Assembly: GCF_009914755.1 (NCBI RefSeq)
Contig: NC_060925.1
DNA: 64,000 nucleotides
Direction: 5' to 3' (one strand)
From: the human T2T-CHM13v2.0 reference genome, Homo sapiens
Shown here one piece after another: positions 18,453 to 34,024 of this stretch. Positions within the stretch are counted from its first letter, which is position 1. Each line of letters starts with the position of its first letter. The notes under the pieces are model-generated. The model saw only the letters and a list, made by a program, of their open reading frames with translations, searched no databases and was not told where the DNA came from. A program made the position numbers and the translations under genes.

Positions 18453-21039
18453 TTCTAGGACCTGTGTTCTCAATCCTAGATTGTGGTTTTCTATGTTCAA
18501 TGAATTTTTCAGTGTCAAGAACGTAGTCCGACTGACTCTTGATTCTGTGGTGGTCTCCTTCCTCCATCACTGCTTTGAGTCTGCCTATCCCTCCTGCAGC
18601 TGTGTGCTGGACCCAGATAATGGCCTCTGCGTAGAGAAGCAGCACAGGGCATGTGAAGATTGTATTCCTGCTGGGACTTCCAGTGTTCTTTCCTTGGCTC
18701 ATACATCGTCAAAGTCAATGCATATTATAGTTTTGCAGCCAGAAACCCTCCTATTTAACAATTCCAAAAAAAAAAAAAAAGCTCAAACCGTTGGAAACTC
18801 TTGAATATGAGAACTTACAACTTACGTCTGCTAAATGCATAAACTTCTCCTCATTCCTATCAAAGGAACTTTGATAGACTTTATCTGTTCCAGGAGATTT
18901 TGAGGCTTTTAGCTTTGTGAATTAACCAAGAAACACTGCACACTTCTCTTTCTCTTGGAAAAACATTAAGCTGTGTTTGTTACCATCAATGATAACAGGT
19001 GCTATAAATACAACAATTTGGTGTATACCCAGATTGTTATATAAACCTTCAGGGGCCTTTAAAATTTTCTCCAGGAAAAAAACACCAATGGAATTTTCCT
19101 TTTTTTTTTTTTTCTGTGGCCTCTAGTCGATCCTGGTAATTATCAGATATCATATCATCAATATATCTTGTCAATGAATTTTCATTTCTTCCACTAGGTT
19201 ACACCTAGGGAAGGGTGTGATAGTAAGTGTCACATTTGTAGAATGTTAAGAAGTATGAATACAAAACGGAAAGAAAATCCCAGCAGGAAAGAGAAAAAAT
19301 ATGTTGATTTATATATTTAAAAAATGTTTTAAAAAATTGTTATTATAGAAATTCATGAAGTATAATAAAGTACAAGAAGAAACTAAAAATAATTCACACT
19401 CCCACTATTCAGCACTAACCAGTAACATTTAGTGTATAAATATTTTTAGACTTTTTTGCTGGCATACAGAGACATTTATACTTTAGATTTCTATTTTGCC
19501 AAAAACTAAATCCTACTTTGCACGCTGTTTTTCCAAATGTAATGGTTGTGGTTCTCACTTCATATCAACATGCATAGACGTGTATAGCTTTCAAGAGTGA
19601 CTCTTCTTGCAGAAAGAATGGATAAGTAGTCACTCGTGTACTTTGGTGTTGTTGGCTCAACATGTCAGACATGTGCCTACCTGAGTAATCTCCCAGTGTC
19701 ACCTGTGTTCATGTGGGGAAATAATCAGGCAGACATGATCTACCTCTCACAGATGGTCACTTCAAAACCAAATAAAATGACAAATGTGAAGCTCACTCAA
19801 TCTACTTCCCATGACTTTTATATTTTTAATTTACTAAGTACTATGCAATTCTGCTTTAGAAAGTTCAACTTTAAGGCACATTTTCATTGATTAATAGTTC
19901 CTTTTCCTTACCAATACACACATTCCAAAATAAAGTCTGAGTTCATTTCTTTTGTTCTTTTTTTTCCCTTAGGGAAATTCTACCCCAGGGAAAGCACTTT
20001 TAGGGGGATTCCAGGGATCAAATTCAGGTCATTTGAGCTATGTCCTAGCTGTTAAATTATTAGGAGAACTTAGAGATAAAAAGTTTACCATAAATTTAAA
20101 AGGATATAAATTTAGGCTGTATCTACACACAAATCAGCTTGGGAAAAAAGACAGTTGAATTCAGTGGAACAACTAGTGATGAACTAGTTACCAACTGAGT
20201 GTGATTTGCTGCATTTTTTAAAGCTGATTTCTGTTGGGGACTAAAACAAGACACTTTTCTTTGTGGTGGGTTTTTCTGCCTTTCAAACAGAAAGGTCTTA
20301 CTAACACAGTATGCTTTGCCAAGATATGTTTAATCTAAAGACTTGCCAATTCAAGAATAGAATAATTTGCCTGAATCCGACAACAGGCAATGACAAATTC
20401 TTTATTTGGTAAAGCATAGTAACTGCAGAACATGCATTGCAGGCACTCACAGAAGAAAGCCACCTCTTTCTGCTCAGATCATGATTCTCTGGTAATAACA
20501 TACTGGAAAGCAACTTGAGGAATACAAGAACAAATTCTTGAAAGTGCACTGAATTGTGGTCTAATGGTCGGAAAGCATTTGTACAACTTTAAGTTCTTTT
20601 TTCTAACAGATCAGAATTCCTCTACCTCTTCTTTTTAGACAGATTTACGTAAAGCAAAAGTAGTATGGCTTGTCAGTTTTCATTTTCTGCTAAACCGAAT
20701 CACTAACATTTCAAGACTTTTGTTTCTCTTATTTCTAAAGAATAGATACTATTTTATATTATCTGTAAAGTTTATAAAGAAATATTAGGAAGAAATAAAT
20801 AAAAATTATAAGTTATATATTTAAAATATAGCAAGTAATTCTGGTTTATAGGATAAGCTCTAGAAAAGAAATTAAAAAACTGAATGATATATCTACCTTT
20901 TACCCTAATTATGACTACCCAAAGTCAAAACAATCCACTGATAATAAGACAAATGTGATATTAAGAATAAGTGAGTAAAAATAGGTATTTAATAGAACCA
21001 AATGTTTAAAAAATCTCATTTGATAATCTATACGGATGC

Positions 21040-21343
21040 TCCCTCTTTACGGAGGTGGAATGTATTTTTCATTCCTTAGGTATGAGTTGGAATAGTGTTC
21101 CCCTTCTAAAGAGTACAGTGTGGAAGCTTGGGGGAGGAGAATAACTTTACTGTGGAGAAAACTAGCACATGCAATCTCAGCCAGGTGATGAAGGTTAATA
21201 TGAACAATGATAAGACAGGTTGATATCATTTATCCTTGATATTAGGCAAAAGGAATGGCACTTTACCTCTAAGATCTTCCTCCCCTAAACCCATAACCCC
21301 GTGTAATCATTATAAAAATACCAGATGAATTCCAATAGCAGGG
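21040..21343 (+). mobile_element. L1MC/L1MD-type 3' region fragment (resumes briefly after the MST LTR)
   Basis: taactttactgtggagaaa..tcagccaggtgatgaaggttaa..gaatggcactttacctct..aacccataacccc. Confidence 0.7.
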
Positions 21344-21778
21344 CGATATAGTTTAGTTATTTATCCCCTCCAAATCTCATGTTGAAATTTGATCCCCAGT
21401 GTTGGAGGTGGGGTCTGGTGGGTGGGAGGTGTTTGGGTCATGGGGACGGATCCTACATGAATGGCTTGGTGCCCTCCCCATGGGGATGAGTTCTGCTCTA
21501 TTAGTTCCCGGGAGAGCTGGTTATTAAAAAGAGCCTAGCATCTCCCCACTCCAACCCTTGTGCTCTCTTGCTTCTGCTCTTGCCACATGTTCTCTGCATA
21601 CCCTCTCCCCTTCCCTTCTGCCACAAGTGGAAGCAGGATGAGGCTCTCACCAGAAGCCAAGCAGATGTTGGCACCATGCTTCTTGTATAGCCTGTGGAAC
21701 AGTGAGCTGAATAAACTTCTTTTCTTTATAAATCACCCAGCCTCAGGTAATTTATAGCAACATAAATGGACTAAGACA
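21344..21778 (+). mobile_element. MSTB-like solo LTR (MaLR)
   Basis: gatatagttt..cccctccaaatctcatgttgaaat..aataaacttcttttctttataaatcacccagcctcagg..ggactaagaca. Confidence 0.9.
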
Positions 21779-22239
21779 AGGAGCATCCCACACAACCCTG
21801 ACCATTATCTATGGTGGAAGGAATAGAATGTGCAGAGGCACCAAGTGAGAAAGCACATAGTGAATATGACCCCTGGACATGGCTGTGCACAGAGCAGAAA
21901 GGAGGGAGCGGTTAGAGATGATGCTGGACAGGGCAACCTGGGGCCACTCACAGAGGGTCTCATTTTCTATGTTAAAAATTTTGTCCTTTCCATGATCAGT
22001 GAGAAGCATCAGAGGCTTTCAAGAAAGGAAGTGGCACGGTCTGGTCCTGCCACAGAGAGATGACTCTTACTGGGTAAGGAGACTAGAGACAGAAAGAACA
22101 CATCTGGCTCCTCAAGTTGAATTAAGAAGGCCAGAGACTACATTAAGGCAATGAAGTGCATTAGGGAGGAAAGATTGTTGGGAAAGAGTTAATCTCCCTC
22201 TATCTATATGTTGTTTACCCATTCAGTAGGTCAGTCAAC

Positions 22240-22350
22240 AAATCTGGGGGGGCTGTGTGTACAACCCTGCATGAAGCACACCACCTGTGAAGCTTATAAA
22301 GCAGCTGCAAATGGTACTCTCTGGAGCTGAGCAATGGCGTGCCTCCAGGG
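22240..22350. mobile_element. MER91-like hAT MITE fragment within an L2 3' end
   Basis: ggctgtgtgtacaaccctgca..aatggtactctctggagctgagcaa, flanked by antisense L2 tail sequence. Confidence 0.45.
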
Positions 22351-23298
22351 TGTGCATTTTGGCTGGGCACTGAGCTAGATGCTGAATGAGCAGTCATGAA
22401 CAGAACAGGTGCAGCCCTTGTCCGCATGGAGCTCTTTCTCCACTCAGGGCTGCACCAAGACTGGTGACTACCTTGTGCAGAGGAATAATTTGGCATTCCT
22501 TCAAACTGAGAGTGGAATCTGAGTCTTGTTTTGTGGGAGTTCTCTGTCCCTACTCTCCAGTACAGACCAATATCTCTGGCCCTAAATCTGCAAATTTCAC
22601 ACAGCAAAGGTAAGAAGGCAATTTAACTGATCCCTTTGGATCAGTTAATATAGGAGGTGTTTCATTCTTTATTGGGTGACCATGTTCCTTCCATTCAGTC
22701 AGTATTCTAAAAGTGGTTACGTTCCTTTCATCTTACCACATCCTGGTGAAGTTTTAAGCAGTAGGTGATATTTGGCTCCCCTTTTAGACTGATGTTTGGA
22801 GTAGCTGTCTGGCTGGGTTGCCCCTTAATCCAGCCCTAGTTTAATGTGGAAGGTAGACATTAAATAAATCTTTATAAATATTTCATTGGAGTTAATTTGA
22901 TTTTGTGACTCTAAATAAATGATAGAATTCTCCCATCCCCCCGCTAGGCAAATCTCTTCGTTTTTGTTTCCCTGTTTATTCTTGAAACCTCTCCTAGGAA
23001 TAAATAGCTCACAGCCCTGTGGAGCTCACTGGAGAAGGTCTGAGTGAGACAAGTGGGGCAAAGCAGCCCATCTGCACTTTCTGTTCTTTACGTCGTGGGG
23101 GAGATTGTTGTTTCCTAGGTGCACAGCAGGGCAGCAAGAAGGACAAGGGGCAAAGTTGAAGCTTAGTTTTGGTTTTGGTTTTGGTGCTACACTAGAAGTG
23201 CAAAGCTCCAAACTGGAAAGATTAGATTGGGGACCAGTGTATAACACCTTTAACACTTTTTGAAATGGGCTGAGTGGCAATCAAAAATTTGTTAGGTT

Positions 23299-23605
<307 letters not shown>

Positions 23606-23765
23606 TTAGGTTAAGTTTGATTTCATGGCTTACATACTTATTTCTGAATATCTTCCTGATTCCCCCCACACCCCTATGTAACTAGCTGCTCTTTCTCCTT
23701 TTCTCTCCAATCTCTGCTGCTAACTAAATCTAATCTAGATGGATCACAATAAATGTTATGTATAG

Positions 23766-24096
<331 letters not shown>

Positions 24097-24439
24097 CACT
24101 TTCACTTTTTAAAAGGAGTACTTGTGATCAGTTTCATCTTCATTGAGAGATGCAAAGGTTTGTGCCCGGTAAAAGCACTAAGGCATTAAACTGGGAGCTG
24201 GGAGGTTTTGAGGGACTGTGTAGGAGGCCTTGCAAGGGAAGCCTCTGAATTCATACAAAGCAGGAGCTGCTAATTCAGCTGTGCACTGAGAGGCAGAACA
24301 GAAGCCATATGCAGCTTCATGGCTATTGCTGAAGGCTCAGGAGAATCAGTCAACCCTCTTCACCATCAGGGCTCCTGATGTTCCATTAGTGGTGCTGAGG
24401 ACACGGTGGTTGGGAGATTTTCCTCTGCTAACCATCTGA

Positions 24440-24635
24440 CTTCATTTTGAACTCCGGTTCCCTAACTTGCTAGTTGGGCAGATTACTTAACCTTGGAACC
24501 TCAGACACTTCAGCTGTAAAATGTAGATAATAATAGATGCCACCTCACAGAACTGTTGCTATGAAGGTTGATCAAAATGATGCTGCATGGTGCTCAGCCT
24601 GGCACCTAGCACTTTGCCAAGCAGCCAAGTAAGCT
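24440..24635 (+). mobile_element. MIR fragment
   Basis: ttacttaacctt..cctcag..ctgtaaaatg..cctcacag..cctggcac. Confidence 0.65.
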
Positions 24636-25564
24636 ATTAACTATTAACTGTAAAAAGAGAAGCCAAACAGAGAGTGTGCTTGCTACTATTTTCCACTGAG
24701 TTTGAACAAACACCGGCCCTGCTTCCACTGAAAGGATAGGGGTGCATAGATGGGGGAGAAAAGGCGAGAGTTTCAACAAGCTCTAAGTGAGCGTATCATG
24801 CAGCTGGTGACACTCGTGCAGCTCAGGCAATTGCAGAGATGTTCTGAGTGACACTTCTCCTACTCCCTGAAGGCTTAGTGCTGAAATAATGACATAGATG
24901 ACAGGTTTTCATTTTCCCCCCAATTTTCCTGCCTACATGGTTAATCTAGGGGTTCTATCTGTGTGCTACACCTGATGGGAAACACAAAATTCTAATAAAG
25001 ATGTCTAAAGTGTACCAAATTTTTTATCTGGGAATATTGTATTGCAGATCCCTCATGGACTCTACTATATCAGATAAACATAAACATGATCATACCATAT
25101 ATTAGGACTTTAAGAAACTCCATTCTGGGCCAGTAATCTGAGCTCTCACTATATTTAGACAATTTCAGATTGAAGAAAACAAGAGACTGCAACAGTCATT
25201 AAACATTAGAATGAGTTATTTAATAGAGAAGAAATTCTCATTTCTCTGAGGTGATTTGGAAGTGACGTTGCCTGAGGGAAGGATGAGATAACAGAATTTA
25301 CTGAGCTCCCTCTAAGCCTGAAATTATTCAGGGAAGGCTCTAGTTCAAAGGCTTTGTATTAATTGTTTCTCACAGCATCTCCAACATAAATATAGAATCA
25401 GATCATTTCTTTTTAAATCCATTCTCAACATCATAATCACTAATGTCATTCTTTGTACTGACTTTACCTTTCACTCTGGCCAATGCAATAGCCTCCTCTC
25501 ACCTTCCAACGTTCTTAGTTGCCCCCTAAATCCATTATGCTCAGAGACATCAGAGTAATCTTTT

Positions 25565-26590
<1,026 letters not shown>

Positions 26591-27572
26591 TAAAACAGAG
26601 TGGCCTTTTAGAAATATGTTAAATAATATCCCTCCTCTATTTTCAATTCTCCAATGACTTCCATTGTAATTAGGATGACATCTCACCATAGTAAAAGCTC
26701 AGAAAGATCAGGCTTCTGTCTCCCTTCCAGTTCAATCTCATATTGCTCCCATGACCATATCTTCCACTCCATCCTACCTGCCAACTTGTCACCATTTCCA
26801 GTCTATTCCTTAACAAGCCAAATGTGTCCCCAACTTGCCCATACCCTTGTTACCCCAGCCAAGACCATTTTCCAATCCATTGCATGGCCGATTCATTATT
26901 CAGGCATTGGCTTAAATGTTACCTCTTCAGAGAACATCTAGGTTAAGAGAGGTTAAATCACTTAAGCAATGTCGCACAGCTGGTAGAGCCAACAAGTAAA
27001 TCCATGCAAACAGACAATCTGTGCCCAAAGCCCTTCCCCAAGCATCTTAAAACAAAAACCTCCCTTCAACACTATGTCTTGTGATTTCCTTCTCTCTCTT
27101 AGCTACCATTCACTGCCCTTTTTTTTGTCTCATTTTTTTCCTTTGCTTTTTCCAATTCCTTGGAATTGTTCCTTCTAAGGTTATCCATGATCAACTAATT
27201 GTTAAATTTGGTGAAAATACTTTGTGGACCCTACATGACTTTGCCTCTCTTCAGCATTTGACTCTATTGACTATTTCCTTTTCTTGAAATGTTGCATTTG
27301 GCTTGTATAAGCATAGTCATTCATGGTTTTCTCTGCCTCTATGGTCCCACTTTCTTCGTATCTCTCCTCAGTGTTCCATTGCTTTCTCTTCAGATACTGG
27401 TGCTTCAGAAGTCTTCCCCTCATCTTATTCTTGTAGTACTTCACACATTCTCCCTGGGAGATCTCATCTATGTCTATGGCATCAATCATGACCTACATAT
27501 TGATTGTCTCTTCAGCTAAATCCCCAATCTAAATCCATATTGAACCACTTTAATTGCATGTCCCAAAGGCAT

Positions 27573-28110
27573 CATGTTAGTCTCCAAAGATGGGCCCCAA
27601 GGAGCCATGTCTCCCAGTCTTTATGCTCTCTGGAGTCCCCTGCCCTTGAATCCGGGCTGACCCTGTGACTCTCTCTTTACCAGTAAAATGCTGCAAAAGT
27701 GAGAGTGAGTCCCAAGGCTAGGTCACTAGAAGCCTTATAGCCTCTGCCCAGGTCTCTTGAAATGTGAGTTGTTGGGATACTGTCTCTTGCAATCCAGCTA
27801 TCCTGCTGCGAGAAGCTCAAGCCACTTGGAGAGGCCACGTGCAGGTGGACAAGCCCAGCAGAGCTTTTATCCAATAGCCATCATCAACTGCCACCTATGT
27901 GAGTGAACTGTCCTAGATAACCAGCCCACTTGAGTCTTCAGATGACTGTAGCCTAGCTGACGCCTGACAGAAACTACATGAGAGACCCCAAGTAAGAATG
28001 TCCAGCTGACCTTGGTCCACTCACAGAACCATGAAAAATAATCATGAATTATTCTTCCAAGCTACTAAATTTTGGGGTAGTATATTATGCAACAATGGAT
28101 AACTGGAACA
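27573..28110 (+). mobile_element. MLT1F/G-like solo LTR
   Basis: tctccaaagatggg..cccttgaatccgggctg..ggagaggccacgtg..ggataactggaaca; 5-bp TSD GGCAT (27568-27572, 28111-28115). Confidence 0.85.
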
Positions 28111-28140
28111 GGCATCTCAAATGCAATATTTTCAAGCTGA

Positions 28141-28535
<395 letters not shown>

Positions 28536-28665
28536 TCTTCTACTCTTATTGAATCAACTTTCACCTCCAGTCAGCTTCCCTTTCAGTTCTATAAATTCTA
28601 CTATCTAAACAGATCCTGTAGTCTCCCTTTCTCTCAGCCCTGGTCCTGCTCCCTTAGTTGTGCTT

Positions 28666-29037
28666 TGCTATGGCTTGAGTGTGACCCCCCCCAAAAGTAT
28701 ATGTTACAAACATAACCACCATTGTAACAGTATTAAGAGGTGGGACCTTTAAGAGGTAATTAGGCCATGAGGGCTCTGTCCTTATCAGTGGATTAATACC
28801 ATTATTACAGGAATGGATTCCTTATAAAAGGATGAGTTCAGCCCCCTCCTGCTCCCTCTCTCTCATCCCTATTTGCCCTTCTGCCATGGGATGATGTAGC
28901 AAGAAGGCACTCACCAGATGCTGACCACTTGATCTTGGACTTCTCAGTCTCCAAAACTGTAAGAAGTAAATTTTTATACTTTATAAATTATCCAGTCTCA
29001 GGTATTCTCTCATAGCAGCACAAAATAGACTGAGAGA
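28666..29037 (+). mobile_element. MSTD/MLT1A-like solo LTR
   Basis: tgctatggcttgagtgtg..gtattaagaggtgggacctttaagagg..ataaattatccagtctcaggtattct..atagcagcacaaaatagactg. Confidence 0.88.
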
Positions 29038-29389
29038 GACCCTTTATCATTTCTCATGTATATAGTTAACATTACTGTCTTAACTGATCTCCTGACCATT
29101 GGCCCTCTCAAAGCCATTCTCTACACTTCTGTGAGTTATCTTCCTAAAACATGGGCCTGATCTTGGTTATAAAGCTGCTCATAGTTCCCAACTGCCCTCA
29201 GAATTAAGTGCAAACTTTAGTAGGGTACATGGGTTCTTCATAATCTGGCCTATTAGCTCTTCATTATCATTTACGTCTGCTGCTCTCCCATGACTATTTG
29301 GTCTCGTTCATATCCACTCCCATTTTTTCCCCAGAAAGCTCTGTTCGCCTTTCATCCCTGGACCTTTGCATATATCTTTCTGTACTTGT

Positions 29390-29900
29390 ATCCTAGTGGT
29401 TAAGAGCTCTGGATCTTATTGTGGTTTTGCCACTTTCTAGCTATATGACTTTGGCCAACTTACTTAGTCTCTCTGTGTATCAGTTGCCACAGTGGAAATA
29501 ATAGTAGAGACTACCTCATGTTGATCTTGTATGGATTTAAAAAATTAACACAGGCAGGGTGCAGTGGATCAAGCCTGTAATCCCAGCACTTTGGGGGGCC
29601 AAAGCGGGTGGATCACCTGAGGTCAGGAGCTTGAGACCAGCCTGGCCAACATGGTGAAACCCCGTTTCTGCTAAAAATATGAAAAATTAGCCGGGCATGA
29701 TAGTGGGCACCTGTAATTCCAGCTACTTGGGAGGTTGAGGCAGGAGAATCACTTGAACCAGAAGGCAGAGGTTGCAGTGGGCCGAGATCACGTCATTGCA
29801 CCCCAGCCTGGGCAACAAGAGGGAAACTCTGTCTCAAAAGAAAAAAAAAATTAACACAGGTAAAAAGCTTAGATCAGTGCTGAGCACAATATAAACCCAT
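29390..29900 (+). mobile_element. MIR interrupted by AluSq
   Basis: tagtggttaagagc..ccactttctagctatatgactttgg..acctcat; resumes taaaaagcttagatcagtgc. Confidence 0.7.
29553..29850 (+). mobile_element. AluSq-like, full length
   Basis: Dimeric Alu with poly(A); TSD aaaaaattaacaca. Confidence 0.97.
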
Positions 29901-30719
29901 TAGTGGCTAAACCATCAACAAGTGTTGGGAGCTGCTGCTATTTTTACTTTCCCTAGAATTCTATCTCTTACCTTTCACTCTTCTCACTGCCCTTATTTGC
30001 CCAGAAATCCCTTTATGTCCTGAAAAACTCAACTCTCATATTTTACTTTTAGGAAATTATCAGTTACTGCTCTAACACAGTTCTTGATGTATGCTCTTCA
30101 CTCCCTGACCTTTTGCTTTGTTGATACTTTATTATTGTACTTACGACTCCATACTTAAAAAATATAATTGGTAAAAAAAAATGTAACTAGTAATAGGCAG
30201 AAAAACTGGAATTGATTCCCAGTGCCTGTTACATGACAGGGGCTCATTATATACTTGCTGAGTGAATGATGGAAGGTCAAGTGAACAAATTAAAGAAATC
30301 AGGCAGAAAATATTTCCAGGTATCTTGGGGAGTTGAGAATTAGAGAAGAAAAGAATGAAGGAGGTTGGGATTTGATGAAGAACATATTTGTGACAGTGAA
30401 ACTCAGTCGTGGGATTTGCTGTTTATATTGTTTTCTTTCCTTCTCAAATCAACATGAGTTGTACAGACCATAATAAAAGCTTCATCTTGAGCCTGTTATT
30501 GCATCACCATTTGGCTGATGTTTCACTGCTCCATCACTGTGGGAGGTTAACACTCACTGAGGGGTGGCAGTACCCTCTGCATTTCTCTGGGAAACTCCAA
30601 TGATTCATCCAAAAGTGTGAGAAGCCAAGCAGCTTTTATCACCCAGGAGACAGCTGTAACCTGACCTCAATTCATGCCAAAGAAGCCTGAGGAAAGTGCC
30701 CTGGAAGTGAACAGGCTGC

Positions 30720-31060
30720 TCATGACTCAAGGAACTCAAAAGTCAGAGTTCTGACCAGTATTGTTGGGGTGGGTAAAAGAACTTCACTCCCTCAGATCTG
30801 AAAGTGTCCTTGCCAGAGGAGAGGGAGACCTTATTTCAAGTGTGTTTGAATAAACATGACATACATAAACTTGATTTTCCAGGTTTTGGAGAAAGCATAC
30901 ATTTGTCCTCTGCATCATGAAATAATGTCCTTTGTGGTTCCTTTCAGGGCCTGTGCTGCACTCTCCTTAGTGACTATTAGCATTGGAGTTGGACAATTTA
31001 AGGGCAGGAGTGGAGACCTGCTACTTATAAAGGATGACTACACTTATTTAGGGATACTGC
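30720..31060 (+). promoter_or_regulatory. Candidate Pol II promoter: AP-1 site TGACTCA (30723-30729), inverted CCAAT (30982-30986), TATAAA (31026-31031)
   Basis: Motifs seen in non-repetitive sequence about 210 nt upstream of an ATG/GTAAG donor; function unproven. Confidence 0.3.
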
Positions 31061-31240
31061 TCACGCTGACTCTCAGAGCAATTATTTGTTCCAACAGCTG
31101 TTCCCAGGGTAGGGTAATATTGGAACAGAGGCTTATGCTGCAGTATCCATTGAGTGGGACTGAGGCCCCTTCAGTAGCTGAAAATCCCCACTTCAGTGCT
31201 ACTGCTTCAGCTACTGCAGCTCTTACTGTCTTCAAAAACA

Positions 31241-31243
31241 ATG
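31241..31243 (+). CDS. Candidate exon 1 coding part (ATG only), followed by donor GTAAGG
   Basis: aaaacaATG|gtaagg: A at -3, and G at +4 after splicing to exon 2. Confidence 0.3.
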
Positions 31244-32189
31244 GTAAGGATTCCTTTAACCTCAGAGGAGGAATTAGCTTTTTGCAGAGACTACAAAGAA
31301 TCCATAGGATACAAACATTTCTATAGTCCAGGAAGGAGTCCCACATATAAAAACAAAACTGTAATATATTTTATAAGTGATTTGCCTAAATATGTGAGGC
31401 TGTATTTACTCAGTTTCTCAAGAAGCATTTCTTGAGAAGCTACTGTGTGCCAGAGCCTCCTTAGGGGGCAGGAACTGCTTATTTATCTTCATATCAACAT
31501 CCCTAGGTAAGTGCCTAGCCCATCGTATGGGCTACAGACTATGCAATGCTATTTCCCTTAGCCCCACCAGAGTTCAGGGTCAGACTGATGGGCAGGACTA
31601 TGAACAGATCTTCTTTCTCTCCTTGAAGGTAACTAACCTTCCATGGGACTTGAAGCTTCAGATTTTGGCCTTAACCAAGTCAACTAGCTCAAGTTAGAGG
31701 GGCAGTGATTATTTGAATTGCCAAGGTATTACCTAATGAGAATCTTTGTGACTAAGCTCTTAAAGTTGAAACTTAAGTAACATTAGCTGAAAAACTTGTT
31801 GGATAAACATTGCTACTCCCTTGAAAATTCCGGGAGTTCCAGTTTGGTTGCTGACCATTTTTTACCATTTATCTATTTGTTTAGCACTAACATTTCTTAA
31901 GCTTCCAATGTATATAGAATGCTATGCTGGGTTGTGGGAAATACAATGAGCTATGCTCCCTGTCTGCAAGTCGGTCACATTTTAAGTGGGGGTGCAATAA
32001 ATGACAGATTCAAACCACTGAACAATTATTAACAGAGAAAAGCAACTTTTATGGGCAAAGGCTTTTGGCAACTCCAGGCACAGTCTCACCCAAGGCCTTG
32101 ACTGTGGCACTGCTTCTGTCACAGAGAATAAGAGTGAAATGTTAGAAGACTGTTGAAACACTGCGGAGTTAATGTTATGTTCCTTTTCA

Positions 32190-32342
32190 TCTTTGGGTCT
32201 TTGTACATGCTGGTTCCTTGTCTTCCCACCACTACCCCTATATCATTTATCTAATTAAAACTCATAAACATGAATGAGAAGCCCTTTTTGACCACCAGCC
32301 TACACACAGACACACAGACACACACACACACACAGACACACA

Positions 32343-32376
<34 letters not shown>

Positions 32377-32600
32377 GTTGTCCTTCCATTGAGGTACCAA
32401 CAGCACACTATAATTTCTCCATTATGATAGCATTTATTACAAGGTATTATGATTTCTGTTTAACTTCTCTGTATCCCTCCTGCCTGCTACATTGTAACTT
32501 CTGTGACAGCAGGGATATATCTGTTTTGTTCACCATTATATTGGCTAGCATGTAGCAGCCATTCAATAAATACTTGCTGAATGCATGAATGAACGGCTGA
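32190..32600 (+). mobile_element. L2 3' end fragment
   Basis: cagggatatatctgttttgttcacc..attcaataaatacttgctgaatgcatgaatgaa. Confidence 0.75.
32302..32373. repeat. Compound (CA)n/(CAGA) microsatellite
   Basis: Direct reading. Confidence 0.97.
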
Positions 32601-33935
32601 ATGGCAGAACCAACATTTGAGTAAAATTTTCGTGTATTGTTTACTTTGTGCTATAACTTCCTAGGTATTTTATGGATCTTCTTTCTGTGGGGTTATATAT
32701 AGTATAAATTTGTTGCAATATTATATTCTTTTTAAATGCCTCAGTCACTTGTTAAATTTAGTGCTTGTTGCAGAAGGGTATAATGTTACTGATAGGAAAG
32801 CCATAGTCTTGATCCCTATATCGAGGCCAAATGGCTTCTTATCTGGAAATCTCTGCCTTAAATTGAGCAGTATCTAGATTAGATGTTTTGAAACTATGTA
32901 TCACTCACTATGGTGGGCAAATAGTTCAGACAGACTAGGAGACGGGATATGAGAAACTTAGAATAAGCTACAAGAAGAATTCTAAAGACACATGACCCAT
33001 TAAATTCCTTTTTCATTGAAAATCAGACCAAAATCTGTGGCAAAAACAGAAAACGTATTCCGGAAATATGGCTGTAGAACTGAAGACTAAATAGCAAGCA
33101 GTGTTTAATCTGAAGTAATGAATGTTATTTCAAGGAGCAAAGAAGCTAACACTTGCAATAAATCTTTGTTTTGAAGTATCTTTCTCAAAGGTCATCAAAA
33201 TAAGTTTTAATTTAGATTCCTAAATCCAGTTTCTGCTCTGTTAGTTATTGGGGATTTTTTGAATAAATAATCTACGCAGAACTGTGGACTCTGCTCTGCT
33301 TTTTCAACCCCATGGTGTGGTCATCCAGAAAGGATTTCTTCTCCGCTCTAGGCTTAGAAATGGGGTACCTCCTGCCTGATGTATCCTATGCTTTCCAGAA
33401 CCTGAAAGATTAAGATGAATCATTATAAGTGAAATGACCCTAGACAGAGAACAAAGAGGGCTGGCACATGTTTGCTGTAACATTCCGGGAGAGCTCTTCA
33501 TCCCGTTTACATGTTCTTGAGAGGGTGCCTTCCGTGCTGTGATGAATGAGCCACCCAGACCTCCCGCTACCACACAGCAATTGTTTAGTCAGAGATCCTG
33601 TGCATCTGGGTCTTTTTTTTAATCAGCAGGTTCTAAATAAAAAACAAAAAACAATAACAAGCCCACCCTCTCTGAATATGACTCTCTGACTCTCTTGTGT
33701 TTCTTGTTTACATTTTATTGTGCGAATGTGATTCTGCTTCTTAGCCTAGTGCATTTGGATTTGTTGTTCACACTGAGCATAAATTGCCAAACACTCAACT
33801 TTAATCTAATTGTACATACTATAAACAGAAAATGTTGACGTTAAAAGCATTTCCATAATCACAGATTGGGTGTATGGATGAGCAAGTGGATGAGTTAGGC
33901 CTTTTGTCATCTCAGTCCATAGCTTGATCCTTCAG

Positions 33936-34010
33936 GTATTCAAAAGGAAACGGGGACTGTCTTCCACTGATGACCTCACTGATGATGAGGTTCATCTGCC
34001 ACCATCTATA
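33936..34010 (+). CDS. Candidate exon 2 (75 nt, phase 0/0): VFKRKRGLSSTDDLTDDEVHLPPSI
   Basis: Acceptor ..cttgatccttcag|, donor ata|gtgagt; 25 open codons; no homolog recognised. Confidence 0.35.
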
Positions 34011-34024
34011 GTGAGTGAAACTTT

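Noticed and set aside
18280-18804. Overlapping 140/107/67-aa ORFs
   Set aside because: Partly MER5A-derived, run into a poly(A) tract, no convincing splice pair or homology.
30856-31326. 156-aa unspliced ORF as a gene
   Set aside because: Reads through the TATA box and a strong donor, with no protein-like features; the spliced model is more coherent.
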